Shown here in pieces: positions 14,341 through 30,837 of a stretch of 64,000 bases of DNA; the stretch's first letter is position 1; every line of letters starts with the position of its first letter. Made by a program: the position numbers and the translations under genes. Source of the DNA: Lama guanicoe (taxonomy: Eukaryota). The notes under the pieces are model-generated. The model saw nothing but the letters and a program-made list of their open reading frames with translations, was not told the origin of the DNA and ran no database searches. Where the stretch lies: NCBI GenBank assembly GCA_013239625.1, contig MU054122.1:274773-338772 (forward strand). The letters are read 5' to 3'.

Positions 14341-14462
14341 TTTATTTTTTGGTGGGGAGAGGTAATTAGGTTTATTTAATTTTTTTAATGGAAGTACTGG
14401 AGATTGATCCGAGGACCTTGTGCATGCTAAGCATGTGCTCTACCACTGAGACATACCCTCTC
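14341..14462 (-). mobile_element. tRNA-Ala-derived SINE (vic-1/ALPINE-like)
   Basis: Reverse complement reads gagggtatgtctcagtggtagagcacatgcttagcatgcacaaggtcctcggatcaatctccagtacttcca plus an A-rich tail. Confidence 0.85.
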
Positions 14463-14649
14463 TGCCTTCCTACCCCGTTTATAATTTTAAATGTCTCTTT
14501 CATGCAAGATGTTGACAAAGGCAACAGAATATTCTCATTCACCTTTTACAAGTAACTTGATTTCTCCAAGGATATCTTGTACTTGAAAGAATATTGCATT
14601 ACAAAAAGAACATACTGAGTACCCTTTATGTGTTTTTAAATAGTTTTTT

Positions 14650-15290
14650 TTTCCTGAAATTATATTTTCAATGGTTGTATTATAACATTTTCAAACCTAC
14701 AGGAAAGTTGAAAGAATTGGACAGTGGGCACTTGAAAAACTACTAGCTAGATTCTGCAAGTAATTTTTTTCCTGTATGTGCTTTATTGTGTATTTACCCA
14801 CCAATCCATTTTTATTATTATAGTTATTGCAATTCAAAGTAGATTACAGGTCCACTTCACCTCTAATTACTTCAGCACGTATGTAATTATTTTGTTTGTA
14901 TTTTGGGATAGAATTTACATACAACAAAATTCTAAATGCGTTCACTGAGTTTTGAGAAGTGTGTATCTCTGTAACCCAGCTCCCTATCAAGATATAAATA
15001 TTACCAACCCCACAGATAATTCCCTCAAATCCTTTCCCAATTTACTTCCAGCCCTTCCTCATCTCAAGGCAACCACGTTTGTGATTATTTTTTATCAAAG
15101 ATTAATTTTGCCTGTTCTAGAATCTATACAAACAGAATCATATCGTATATATGCTTTTGTATAAGACTTCTTTCACTTGGCATAAATGTTTTTGCAGTTC
15201 ATGTGTTTTGCTGTGTTTATTGGTAATGTGTTCCTTTTTATTGCTGGAGTAGAGTTCCAGTGCATGAATGTGCCAGAACTGATTCAGCCA
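14650..15290 (-). mobile_element. Old L1 3' fragments (L1MC/ME-like)
   Basis: tttcaaacctacaggaaagttgaaagaat and ttttgcctgttctagaa...cttctttcacttggcat motifs. Confidence 0.65.
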
Positions 15291-15790
15291 TCTCTCCCTT
15301 GCACTTTTAAAAAAATCACTATAAAAAAATCAATGTTAAACACCAAATCACTCATAGTAACTTCCCAGGAAAAGCATCAGAATAATTATCCAAGATGTCA
15401 TTTCTGAAGCTTACATGGAGTCACTGACCAACAGGACTTTTTAAGCCTTAATATTCAGTAGCGGAATTACAAATCTATGTTCTTTGTCACCCTTCAGCTC
15501 ATCCACGTGGTAAAGACCCCTGTAATAACCAGAGTTTAGTATAAAGCTGAGATGCTTAGAATAAACAAAATAAAACAGAATTCTATTTTTCCTCTTCCAT
15601 TTCCCATCATCCTTAAGAAGAGAGTCAGTTCTGATCCTTGGTGACTCAAAAGTCAACTAGCTGCGTTCACAATAACCGACATGGCGGTTTCCTCCTTCCT
15701 GTTTATTGGTAATGTGTAACTGTTTATTGGTAATTGGTAAAAAGAGCAAGGGACCTTAAGAAATGAAGGACACTGTTGGTATTAACTAGA

Positions 15791-15950
15791 TGTGATGGTC
15801 AATTTTATGTGTCAACTTGACCAGGCCACATCGATGCCCAGATAGCTGCTAAAACATTATTTCTGGGGGTGTCTGTGAGGGTGTTTCCAGAAGGGATTAG
15901 CATTTGAATTGGCACACGGAGTCAAAAGGCTCGCTCTCTCCAATGCACAG
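15791..15950 (+). mobile_element. MLT2 (ERVL) LTR 5' fragment
   Basis: Starts tgtgatggtcaattttatgtgtcaacttgac, the typical MLT2 terminus. Confidence 0.8.
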
Positions 15951-16091
15951 TTAACTATCCAACCAGATCAGTATGCACAAAGCTTACTTACCCTTGTAAA
16001 GCACCGTACACTTCCCAGAGAATTTTCACACCCTTCATGACATCTGATTCCCACAGCAACCAGGGAGGTAGAAAATACAATTATTCCAATT

Positions 16092-16407
16092 TTATTATTT
16101 TTTAACTGAAGTATAGTTACTACAAGATCTGAATATAGTTCCCTGTGCTCTACAGTAGGACCCTGTCATTTATCTATTTTATATATAGTAATTTGTACCT
16201 GCTAATCCTAAACTCCTAATTTATCCCTCCCCACTTCTCCCTTTGGTAACTATAAATTTGTTTTCTATGTCTGTGAGTTTGTTTCTGTTTTGTAAAGAAG
16301 TTCATTTATTTCATTTTTTTAGATTTCACATATAAGTGATATCATATATTTGTCTCTCTCTTTCTCTTTGACTTACTTCACTTAGTATGATCATCTCTAG
16401 GTCCATC
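16092..16407 (-). mobile_element. L1 3'UTR fragment inserted into a MIR
   Basis: L1 3' text flanked by caattattccaatttt / caatcattcccatttt direct repeats; the MIR core (ttttggagatgagaaaactg) resumes after it. Confidence 0.8.
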
Positions 16408-16850
16408 CAATCATTCCCATTTTGGAGATGAGAAAACTGGAGTTGAGAGGACCAAGGCATGATAGGACCAAGGCACCCAGGTAGCTAGCGACTCCAAAAT
16501 ATGTCTTTTGACAATCACATCTCTGCAATTTATACCAGAGTACACTGTGATGGGGGTAACGTTCTCACCTGAGCTTCTTCCTTTAGGGTTCTTTCCATAA
16601 TGACACTAAGACAACACAGTTGGTTCCCCAAATAATGCTGGTCACACCTCTTTGAAAACTGGTCCCGACAAAACCCAAAGATTTTACATATAAATGCTTT
16701 AAACTCTCTCTATAACTGAGACATTCAAGGCTCTTGTTTTACATGGAGGATGTACATGGTCCCCAATGGGATCAAGGTTATCACGTGGTCCAGTCAACAT
16801 GCCCCAGGAGTTAATGGAAAAGAAACCTGTGGCTTGATGATGATCTTACT

Positions 16851-19296
<2,446 letters not shown>

Positions 19297-22200
19297 GATG
19301 ATGACCTTACTCTTGCCGTGTCGTACCTTCAGCAAGTTCCTCCACGCAGTCCAGCTCCAAAAGGAAAGCTCTCTTCCACCCCCAGGAAAAGCATGGGGAC
19401 CCTCTTAACTGTGTTGAGTTCCAGAACTGGAAAGAGTCCACCTACTTCCAAAAGGGCTTAACGCTCAAGAAGTCAGTTGGTCCCAGGAGAATCTGGCTTA
19501 ATACTTTCAGCCTTGATCTATAAAGGCAGAATCTGAAAATGTGCAAAATCATCTTTGTGTCACAGTTGGTCTAATGATAAAGTTTTGAAAAAGCGATTTT
19601 TGTTCAAATTGCAGAAGTTCCTTTTTCTTTCACACTGTAGACCGCTGAGTGTTTCCTTGGTTTTTATCTTTGATTTTTTTTTTTTTGATTCATTTCAAGT
19701 CCCAGGTCAAAATTCTTCTTTAGTTCTAAATGGGATGCTTCCTGGATTTCCATGAAATGTTAATGACTGCTTAAGGCTTACTGTGTACCAGACACTGTAG
19801 GACACTCTGAATACTAACCACCTAAGTGTCCCAGCCCAGAGCCCACAGGCCTCTCTTCTGTTTATCAAACTCTGTAAGACTCCCTAATGAGATATGGGGC
19901 AGCCAGGGTGAGGCAGAGGCTACAGGCACCTTCCAAGTATTAATAAAAAGCTGCCTTTCCTGGGATCCATTCTCTAGGGTTCAAGGTCATGAGGATTACA
20001 ACTTATAAGTTATTAAATACAAAAATACATAAAGCACAGATGGACTCTGCTCTCCAGGGAGCTGAATGACATCAGAAGAGACAGACACAAAATGTAATGG
20101 GTACTTCAACATACTTTCAATATGACACAGATTGACGTGAGAAGAAGCATGGTAAGTACACAGAGGAAGGGCACTTCAGCTAACCGGGGGCAAAGGGAAG
20201 ATTTCGTGAAGGTGTTAGTACATGCCCAGCACACAGGAGTCACGGGATAAATATCTGTTCAGTGAATGAATAAGCTGGTGTTCGGGAACAGTCACTGGGG
20301 TAATGGAGGATGGCTGGTGGTGGAAGACCAGAAGGAGGAAGGCCAACTGTTGTTAGAGCTTATCCAGGTAAAGACTGAAAGGGCCCACAGTAAGCAAGTG
20401 ATCTAAGGGTGAAAAGGGTTGGGTGGGGAAGATTTAAGATCTACTGAGTAGGTGACAGAACAAGGGTAAGGGATGAACTAAGGCTGCAGGAGACAGGACA
20501 ATGGCTCTGTCACACGATGCCCTTCTCAGGCTCCCCCTAGCCCTCAACATCCCCCAGAGGGATTCACGCATCTCACAACTATTCACCAAGAGCAGTCAGT
20601 GCTTCAGGAACCATGCTAGACCCTGGGACTATCTCAAGGAATAAAAGAGACCCTGTCCTTACTGTCGTCTTGAACGTGGGGCACCACAATTTAGGTGAGA
20701 TGTAGAAAATGGAAGAAGGCTTCAGGGCAAAGCAACAAAGGTGATTAACAGTTGGTTAACTCTGTTCAAGAGGGAAAGGTCAACAAAATCAGGGGATCTT
20801 TTCTGTGTAAAGTGTGGCTGAATTGCAAGGAAAAGTCTATCCACAGAAGGCTGTGTAAGCAGAGGACAATCTCATTCCCCCTCTAGAGAGCAATGAGAAT
20901 GTTGTAGTCTTGAGCTTCTAAATTCCTGAAAAAGAAGAGAAAGCTATTCAATGAATTCAGAAAATACTTTTTACATTCTAGTTTTTATATTATGGGTAAC
21001 TGCAGAAGAGAGGTAACAAGGTTAAGGGGAAAGCAAACTAAAATTGCAGCCCACACAGCCACTGTCACAAGACTTGTAGATAAACTCCATGACCTTCAGG
21101 GGCAAATAGCTACCTCTTGAGACATTCTGTAAATTGTGATTAAATATTTCTAAACTGTGCTGAATTTCCAGGGTTATATGCAAAATAAGAATTAAATATC
21201 AAGATGCTTTTGATGAGTACTTGTGAAATGGATGAATTCTACCGGGGAAGTTGAGGGTTAGGGGGAGACTGAGAAGAACATCATGAAGACAAATCCCTCC
21301 CTCAGAAGGAGGCCCAGCTGGCCACGGGTTAAAGGGCTAAGGGTCTGGAACTGGGGTCCACGGAGTCAAGGTCAAGGTCAAAATTCCTGCCCAGGCAACA
21401 GACTGCTTAGGGCTGGGAACCAAACACTACTTCTAAGAAAATGATCAAGTGTGACGCTAACGAGAACAGATATGAACAGCAAACACCAAGAAGGTAGAGT
21501 TGGGAACCAAGTTTAGTGACATGGAACAGTGTACAGGGTAAGCCAGAGATTTCTTTTCTTTTCCTTTCTTCCCCTTCCTCTTCCTTCCTTCCTTCCTTCT
21601 CTCCTTCCTTCCACTTCTTTTGTTTCTTTCTTTCTTTCCCTCTCTCTTGCTCTCTTTCTTTCTTCCATTTATTCATTCATTCATGTGTATATTTATTCAG
21701 CAAATCAAGCTCTTAGCACTGGTCTCAGTACCAGGGATATGACAGGAAATAGGCAAAATTAAGTGCCCAGGAAAGGCTTGTCACCTAGTGGGAGAGAAAC
21801 AAGAGCCAGCGATTACATCATTATGCCATCAGTCCTCCACTGCGACGAGGGAAGCAGAGGCTGAGGACCTGGGCTGGTCATGCTGGGCCTGCTGTTACCC
21901 CTGATGCTTAAGAAAAACAATCCGGAAGGGTGAGACTGCAGCCCAAGGGAGCCTCCCTCTGTGACTGCAGCACGAACTTTGGAGACTGGCAAGCTGCCAA
22001 TAAGGCGAGGAGCCTGCAGTTTGAGATGTGAGCTCACTCATTCCCAAGGGCTGCACGAACTACAAGAACTTTAGGTGCTAATCTGAATAGAACCATCCGC
22101 TCACTTGAATCCTTAATCTTGTGTTTTCATTTTGCTAATTCAGTAATAATGCAAAGTGAAAGCAAGTTTAACGAAGTCCAATTACACATTCATGCAAACC

Positions 22201-22694
22201 CAAGACCTGGGCCAACCCTCCAGGCAGGAGGACATAGGAATCCAATCTAAACCTGGGGTGTCAGGGCTCAGCTCCCCAGAAGAAGCAAAGCTTAGGCTGA
22301 AAACCAAAGATGAGTAGAGGGTAGCCAGGTAAGGCAAGAGAAAGAGAAAAGAGTGGGGAAGACTTTGAGAAACAGAGAACAAGGAGTGTGAAAGCCGGGG
22401 GGACAAAGAGCACTGAACATGCAAAAATGCTGAAAGAAACTCTGTCTAGGTCGGGAGAGAAAGTACTAGGTGGAGAATGCTGCAGAACTACACCACCAGA
22501 AGTCTTAGAAGCAAGAGGAAGTGAACAATCTGGCTTCCTTCTACGGGAAAGAACAAGTTGTTGGAGGTCTAGTTACAGTAGTGATATAATAAGATACGTA
22601 TTTTAGGAGTGTCCCCTGGCTTCACTGAGGAGGACAGATTAGGAGGGTCTGAACAAGGTGGTGTGATCAGTGAGAAGGACATGGCAGTGATCCA

Positions 22695-23264
22695 GTATCG
22701 AAGATGGTCTCCAAAGATGGTCACCACCAATCCCTTCTGTCCCTACACACTCCCATTGCTCCTCACATCAGGAAGTGAAATTGAAAGCTCCTCCCCTTGA
22801 ATCTGGGCTGGCCTTCATGACTGTTCGACCAAGGGAACACAGCAGAAGTGGCACTGGGATTTCCAAAGCTAGGTCGTAAGAAGTCTTGGGACTGCTGCTT
22901 GGGGTTCTTAGTATGTTCACTCTTTGGACTCAGGGAACCCAGCCACCATGTTGTAAGAGGCACAAGTCACCGGCAGAGGCTCCTTTGAAGCTGCTGTAGT
23001 TGGCAGCCCTAGCTGAACTCCTACCAAAGCCAAGGTCACCTGCCAGCTGTGCGAGGGAGCCATCACGGATGTCAGCAAAGGCAAGCTTTTAGATGAATTC
23101 AGCTCCAGCCACCACTGGACTAGAACCATACAAAAGCCCTCGATGAAGCTCCAGCTAAGCTCATTCAGCCAATGGAACAGTGAGAGAGTATGAAATTGTC
23201 CCCTTAAGTCATCAAGATTTGGTTTTGGGGGATATTTATTATGCAGCAATAGATAACCAGAACA
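22695..23264 (+). mobile_element. MLT1 (MaLR) solo LTR
   Basis: ccccttgaatctgggctggcc...tatgcagcaatagataaccagaaca matches the MLT1 pattern. Confidence 0.8.
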
Positions 23265-23302
23265 CTGGTTAAGAGATGACTAGGTAACAATTAAAAGACA
23301 AC

Positions 23303-23974
23303 TAGATGGGCATTTAGGTTGCTTCCAGGCCTTGTCTATTTTAAGTAGTGTGGCTATGAACACTAGGGCGCACGTGTCTTTTCCAATTAGAGTTTCCTCT
23401 GGATATATGCCCAGGAATGGGATCAACAGGTGATAGGATAAAGAAGACGTGGCATATATATGCAATGGAATACTATCCAGCCATAAAAAAGAATGAAATA
23501 ATGCAATTTGTAGCAACATGGATGGACCTAGAGATTGCCATACTTTACCATAAGTAAAGTAAACCAAAGACAAATACCATATGGTATCACATATACCTGG
23601 AATAAAAAAAATACAATGCAAATTAACTTATTTATAAGACAGACAGACTCATAGACAGAAAACAAACTTACGGTTACACGGGGGATGCGGGTGGGGAGGG
23701 ATAAAAAGGGAGTTTGGGATTTGCAACTACTACTATATATAAAATAGATAAACAACAAGGTCCTACTGTATAGCACAGGGAAAACTATATTCAGTACCTT
23801 GTAATAGCCTATAATGAAAAAGAATATGAAAAGGAATACATATATACACACACATATATAGGTATGTATGTGGTATATGTGTGTGTGTGTATATGTATAA
23901 ATGAATCACTACGCTGCACACCAGAAATGAATACTATATTGTAAATTGACTATACTTCAATTAAAAAAAAAAAA
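23303..23974 (+). mobile_element. 5'-inverted, truncated L1 3' end
   Basis: 23303-23424 inverted, 23425-23974 forward to the poly-A; TSD-like aaaagacaacta / aaaagagtaacta. Confidence 0.85.
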
Positions 23975-23983
23975 GAGTAACTA

Positions 23984-24382
23984 TGTCAGTTAGGGCTCTC
24001 CAGAGAAACAGAACCAAGAGTCTATCAATATTGATATCTATCTATCCATCTATCTAGATTTATTTTAAGGAATTGGCCCACACAATGTGGGGGTTGGCAA
24101 GTCTAAAATCTGCAGGGCAGCTGGCAGGCTGGCAACTCACACAAGTGTTGAGGCTGCAGTCTCGAAGCAGCATTTCTTCTTTTCTGGGAAACCTCGGTCT
24201 CTGTTCTAAAGGACATCACCTGATTGGATGAGGTTCACCCACATTATCCAGAGTCATCTCCTTTACTTAAAGTCAACTGATTGTAGGTGTTAAGCACACC
24301 ATCACAGCAATGCCTAGATGCACGTTTGATGAAATAACTGAGGGCTACAGCCTAGTCGGGGGACATGTAAAATTAACCATCG
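23984..24382 (-). mobile_element. MLT2 (ERVL) solo LTR
   Basis: tgtcagttagggctctccagagaaacagaacca...taaaattaaccatc termini. Confidence 0.8.
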
Positions 24383-27300
24383 TGGTAAACTGGACCCAAG
24401 TTGTGGGAGGGGACAGAAAAAAAGTAGATCACTCTGTAACATATTTAGGATGTGAAACTTGAAGTTTGTTGACAGACTGCAGATGGGCACCAAAGGGAAA
24501 GATGTCAAGGGTGATACACAAGTTTCTGATCCTGGGAGAGGGTGGTGCCCTCCCTGACGCAGGGAGAAGCTTCAACAAAACGGGGTAGGGTGGGAATGGC
24601 CCTTTCCTAGTGCAGGAGTGACCTGTGATCATCTTCATTCATCCTAAGACTCAGAGAGAAAATGAGATCACACCGCAGCAGTGGAACCAGAAGTTACACT
24701 GTGAAAAAGCAGGGCTGTGCCGTCTCCCAAAACAGGAGGGATGTCCCACCATTTGGCTGGCTTCAGAGTCACTGTGAATGAGCAAAAACTATGACCAAAA
24801 CCACTTCTTCGGGTCCCTCCTGCTGCCCGATCACAGGACTGGCTCCTGCCTTTTTAAAAAAAGTGTTACATTCAAATCAACAGCCAATGACATAAGTGTG
24901 GGAAAAAAACAAGTTCTAAAGATAGAGAATCAACTGTTAAGATGAACATTAGGGTTTCTGAAAATATCTGACTCTGCAGACAGGGGGAAAAAAATCAAGG
25001 TCACTGCCATTATTATCCAGTGTGTGAAGAATATGGGAAGCTGTTCGTTGATACTTGTATTTGGTGAGATATTTCGAAGAGGAAGAAAAAAGAGGAGTAA
25101 GAAAATTTTTTTTCCTTTTTGCAGACATTGTCTGGCAACATTATTTCAGATGCTGAAGTTACACTCTGAATCCGACGAAAACAGAGATTTATTATTCTAA
25201 TGCTGAATCAGTCTTACGTGTAATTGCACCAATACACTGTTCAGTGAAGCATCTCCGAAGGAAAAATGTTTCCTGTCTATTTTGCGTTTACATCACTTTC
25301 TTTTATAAAAGGTCTCATTATTTCCTGATCTTTAAACTTAACCAAACCAAGTCCTAATTGCACACTTCACTGACAAGCGATGCAGGTGTTACTGTAAAGG
25401 GTTTCTTCTGGGTTACAGGCGGGAGTCGCTGTCTTGCACGGATGGAGGGACAGGTAGGAGGCCAGGTTGTTAAATGAGCCTGATTCACATGGACAAATGG
25501 GCCGTACGTGCTCCCAGAAGCCACTGCGGTGGGTTACATCTCAAGCACTCTTCCAGGACCACTCCCACAGCTCGCTGAGGAATTCAGCATCTTCTGTGTT
25601 TTTGGCTTCAGACACAAACTCAGCTTCTATTTCCACCTGGCCTCTGGGAACGGTGCACTTATATTCTGGCTTTTGGCTTCTGGTTTCCCTCCACATCCTG
25701 ACTTTTCATCTCTGCTCTCAGGCTTCACCCAATAGAAAAGAATTATCCAGTCCTACCCTGAGCTTACCAGCCCTTTATTTAGTTCCAAATAGGGGAGGGA
25801 GGGGACTAACTATTCTGTGAAAAGAACGAGATGTGTAGCTCTGTGCTCTGCCTATAATCAGGCTGATTAATTTCCAGGCAACTCAGTCATTCCTTGAGGG
25901 ACCTGAGAGCAAGTCACCAAACACAATCTGACCAGCTGTCTTGAAAGGGAGGGACAAGAGACAGACTGTTCCTGTAAAGGTAAGTCCTTTTCTGCTGCAA
26001 AGAAGAATGCACAGGAAGATTGCAACCCAGAAAGCTGAAGCTCATTACTTCCTGCTCTGTGTGACCTATTTTCCATCAAGAAAAGATCAAAGACAAGTTC
26101 AAATAAAGCAAACCAAATAGAAAGGGCTGGTCCTCATCAAATGCACTGTCTAATCCCTAAAAAATGCATCACAAAAGCAAACATGGGGCTTACAAATGTT
26201 TACAGGTCTCCCCAGGCAGAGAATCAGACCTGAAACTGCTTTATTGCTACTCATGGACTTGCTGTATTTATTACAGATGCCAAGAGTTTAAACTACTTTA
26301 AGTAAAATATTCATTGTAAGCTAGGAAAATGACAATAAACTCATGATAATAATGATAATAGTGATCAAGTATGGAGACTGTAATGTATAACGGACTCTGT
26401 ACTGAACATTTTACATACTGAATATTCATAAAGGCTCATGGAAGAAGGCATGATCTCATCTCCACCATACCAGCAAAGAGACTGGCTGGGAGAAGTGGTT
26501 TAGCCCAATAATGATAACGATGTCACAGATAACCAACTGCCCAAAAGTCTCCTGTCCAAGGTAAAACGGTGCCCTGAACATGTTCTAGTGGGAACTCAGC
26601 ATTCATAGAGAGACCAAATATAACATAAAATCAAAAACGATGGAAAACCAAACAAGAAAGGTAAATAAAATAAGATGCATGAAGCCAGCATGAAGCTGAG
26701 CCTACGCTCTGAGCCCAGAAACCTGACTCTGCTTTCCAGCTCCTAGTTCCTGTACTGAGTCTTGACCCATTTTTAGAACCATCTAGAAAGAGTCTTGCTT
26801 CCTTCTGATGAAAATGTTTTCCCATCATCATTAATTTTCACTCTATAAAACATGGATCACAGGTAACCAGGTCTGTAAATTAATTTCACACACATGATGA
26901 AAACCCATATAGGACCAGTCTTAGGAAGGAAAAATCTCATTACAGGACAGTGGCCAAGAAGTCATCAGGTGGTTTGGGGAAGGCTTTCCTGAGCATGAGG
27001 TGGCTGATTTGGGGTCTGAAAGATGAAAACACATGAACAGGGGAGGTGGGGGAGGGAGAAGGGGACAGAACTGCCAAGTTCCGTGGCTGAAGCAAGGATC
27101 GGACGTCTGATGAAGCCGAAGACCAACACAGGTGGAGCAGAAAAGAGCCAGGAGGGGTGTGGGGTCCAGTAATGCCAAGGAAGTAGGTAGTGGCCAAGCA
27201 ATATAGGGCCTTAAGGGAGTTTAGTCTCTGTTTTAAATGCAATTAAAAGAAAAACAGAAACTAAAAAGCAGCAGAATCCAAACAGATTGGGGCAGAGGTA

Positions 27301-28014
27301 GCGTGATGGAAGTGAGTTGTGACCACAGATCACTGCCCAATTTCCATTAAAAAAAATCCACCTGGCGGCTGTATAGACAACGGACAAGAAGGATACCAGC
27401 GTGGTGGATGATGACCAGGGTGGCGGTCACTGCAATAATCCAAAGGAGAAATGGCGATGAAGCCAAAAGACCCCCCCTAACCACAGTCAGTCATGGAGTA
27501 TCTGCTATGCGCTGACAAAGATTCCCACATTTTAGACTTTTCCAAAACACAAACAGAACCCAAGGATGGACTGATATGGAGATAAAGAGGAAGGAGCAAA
27601 AAACAAACAAACAAACAAACAAACAAACAAATGGAGCGACACAGAAACCAAGTATGAGAATCTTTCAAGGTGCAAGGAATAGGCTACAATTTCAAAATAC
27701 TGTGAGACATGAGAGGTCAAGCAAAACGGGAACAGAAAACGCCTTTTGGATTTAGCTGTTGCAGGGGGGGTCACTGCTGACCACAGGTGAAAAGATGTAG
27801 TTAAAGATATGGGTGGAAGACAGAGCAAGTACAGACAACTCTTTCCAGGCTTCGGTTGGGTAGTGGAGGAGAAACAGTCTTTGGGTAAGGAGTGAAAGAA
27901 AAAGAAAATCAAGCTGCCATGTCAAAATATTGAAAGTTAAGAATCAACAGGCTCATAATGAATGTCTGTTTCCCACACTAAAAGGATGTTTCACACTAAA
28001 AGACTGTTAAATCA

Positions 28015-28272
28015 AACAGTCTTATGGTTACCAGGAAAAGGGGATGGGAAGGGATAAGTTTGGGAGCTTGAGATTTAGCCACTATATATGAAAATATATT
28101 TTAAAAATTCTTTTGCATAGCACAGGGAACTATGTTCAATATCTCGTAATAATCTTTAATGAAAAAAAATGAAAACAAATATATGTATGTATATGCATGA
28201 CTGGGACACTGTGCTGTACACCAGAAATTGACACATTGTAATTGACTGTATTTCCATTAAAAAAAAAAAAAG
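28015..28272 (+). mobile_element. Short L1 3'UTR insertion with poly-A
   Basis: cttatggttaccagg...gtgctgtacaccagaaattgacacattgtaattgactgtatttcc followed by an A-run. Confidence 0.8.
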
Positions 28273-30359
28273 AATATGATGATCTAAGAATTCCAGGGAT
28301 TCTCAGGGATTCACAAGGCAGGAAAACATTGTTTCAGCTCCAACAGATTGGAAGAATTAAGGGCTTCAAAAAGACGCTACTTCTTTTTAGCAACATGCCT
28401 ATGCCTAAATTAAAATAGAACCATCCATGAGGTTGAGCTAGCCTCCCAGAACACTCGGAGAACTTCCAGCAACCCAGAGGGGATCTGTAATTAGTTTGTG
28501 TGATGATCAGTTTGGCATCGCTCTGAAAGGTAGGATGGAAGAATTGATAGCTGTCAGGTTAATTCATGATACTAATCATAGAGCTTTACCGTCAAATCAC
28601 TGGCTCTCTCACAAAATTAGGAAGTGTAGTGGCCCATACATTTAGAATTAATGTCAGACATCAGTGATGGTCCTTAATGAATCCCATTAGATACAGAATG
28701 AATGCAAAGCATGCCAGACAGAAAAGCCATTCCATTAATCATTCATATCGTAACATGAGTTAGTACATCCCGTGTCAGTAGAGGTCTGGCATGGAGAAAG
28801 TGGAGTTTTGAGGAAGGATGAGGGAGAGAACATTAAGGAACATGGAAACCTGACATCACAAGGTGTCCCTGGACCCCTGAGGCACTGCACTGAGAAAGAA
28901 GAGAAGAAGCAAAGAAGGAACTGGGGCAATTTACAGAAGATCAAAAAAAAAAGAGGTGGCAGGAAACCCGGGCACTTGACCCAGAATGGATATTTTATCC
29001 AGTCTGAAATATATATAAAATATAAAATAAATAAGTGACCGTTTCATTTCACAATTTTAGCTTTACCTCAACCCACTCCAAGTTCTATTTCATAGAAAAA
29101 TCCAAGAAGGTATGTGATTCCATGTTTGACATGGGATTAACCCTAGTTTCAGGCTAAGGAAGAGAATGAATGAAGACCAAATTCAGTCCTCATCTTGGAT
29201 GACTGAGGTTTTTTCCCCTTATACGTGTACATTCTTATTTTGAAGTTTATGAGAGATGAGCTCATATATTTGAGTAGAACATAAGTAAACCAAGGTAAAA
29301 TAAAACAAATATGATTGTCAAGGCAAAGGACAGGAACTCAATTGAAATGTCAACTCAGACGTAAAGGAGACATGCTAAAACACTGGAGAAAGATCTATAT
29401 GTATTCAGGAACGTTGTAACAGTGTTTAAATGATGTCAACGTACCAGTGAAGACAGCCCAAGCATTGTGACAAGGAGCAGAGGGCTTGAAAGGTAGGGCA
29501 ATCTACAAGACTTCTCTGACATAGAACAATAAAGCAACATGGTTGACACAGAGTGCAACTTGGGAAACACGTTTTGAAATAAAATTCAGAAGATCAGTGA
29601 ATCCCGTGTGGGTCTGATGCACTTTTATGGCAAAGTTTATATTCTGAAGACTGATAGAGGAATGAGTTCCTTAAATGTACAAGAGCCAGTTTCTATCATT
29701 AAATACGGCAGGCGTAATGACATGGTGTGGTTTTTGTTGCTTCTCTAAATGCACAGGCATGCTGTACGGCGTGACGGATGGAAGATAATAAGACAGGATG
29801 TTAACAGTGAAAAATGGTCTTGATACAGAGGAAACGAGGAAAAGAAGCTTTTTCAATCTGACAACTGACCCAAAACACCTATCATCAAATGCAAACATCT
29901 TAAATTAAAAAAAAAAAAGTATTGCTTTGAGCCGTCATCATAGTCACCCTAGATGAATCATAAACATTTAAAGGGAATGAGAAGGAGGAGAACAGAGGTT
30001 CAGAAAATGAACACAGTTTTTTGTATAATCAAAAGAAGCTTCTGGTAGAGATGACTTTTGCTTCCCCCCAAGAAATCTGTGCTACAAAACAAAATGCCTG
30101 GGGCATAATGCTGTTAAGTGTTGATTGAATGGGGAGGGGGTAGTTTAAACTCAGCAAATGCTAACCAAAATCAAACCATAGCCATTGCTTCTGGGAGCCA
30201 TATTTCAGAAAACAGCTGAAAACTTTGCTGGTTAAATGAAGTTTGGTTGTTCAGTTTTACGATTTCTTGAAAAATATTGATTACCTTATCCATCTATTTG
30301 TGCAATTTATATCCTTTCACAAAGCTAAGTCATTAAACGGCACTCGATCATGTAACTAT

Positions 30360-30837
30360 TGTTGAACGAAAACTACTGCAAGCCTATCAGTAAATAAAGA
30401 ATGCTGAAGCCACCAAGTCATCAGCGGCTGCCGGCACCCCCTGGGGAAGACAAGCCTGCAGCCCAGCCTCTGCAGCCACTCACAGTGGTGCACCCTGAGG
30501 GGACTCAGAATAAGAAAGGACAGGATACTGGCCCTAGATAGCTAGATGCTTGTCAAAGGAATGAATTCAGTAAGCCCAAACGCTTGCGCCCTCCCGTATA
30601 TAGAAAAGCGTTAAATTCCTTAACGTGAGATGTCTGGTTTCCTTCAGTTAACAAGTAATCTTTCAAAGTTCGGACTACCTGGTCTTTGTTATAAAATTCC
30701 TATATATCCTTGCTCCTCCCCTAACTCTTTGGAGCAGTTTCTCAGAGCGATTGAGAGGCTGTCATCCTGGCTCAAGCCCTCCCGCCAAAAAAACCGTAAC
30801 TCTCAACTTTCAGGCTGTGCATTTATTTCAGTTGACA
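30360..30837 (+). mobile_element. ERV1-class solo LTR
   Basis: TGTTGA...TTGACA termini, near-TSD ctat/gtat, TATA-like tataaaa near 30690. Confidence 0.7.

Noticed and set aside
15214..15734. Identical 18-mer tgtttattggtaatgtgt at 15214 and 15700, with a partial tandem copy at 15721
   Set aside because: The first copy lies within continuous L1 sequence, so it is not a TSD; no regular spacing; likely chance plus local slippage.
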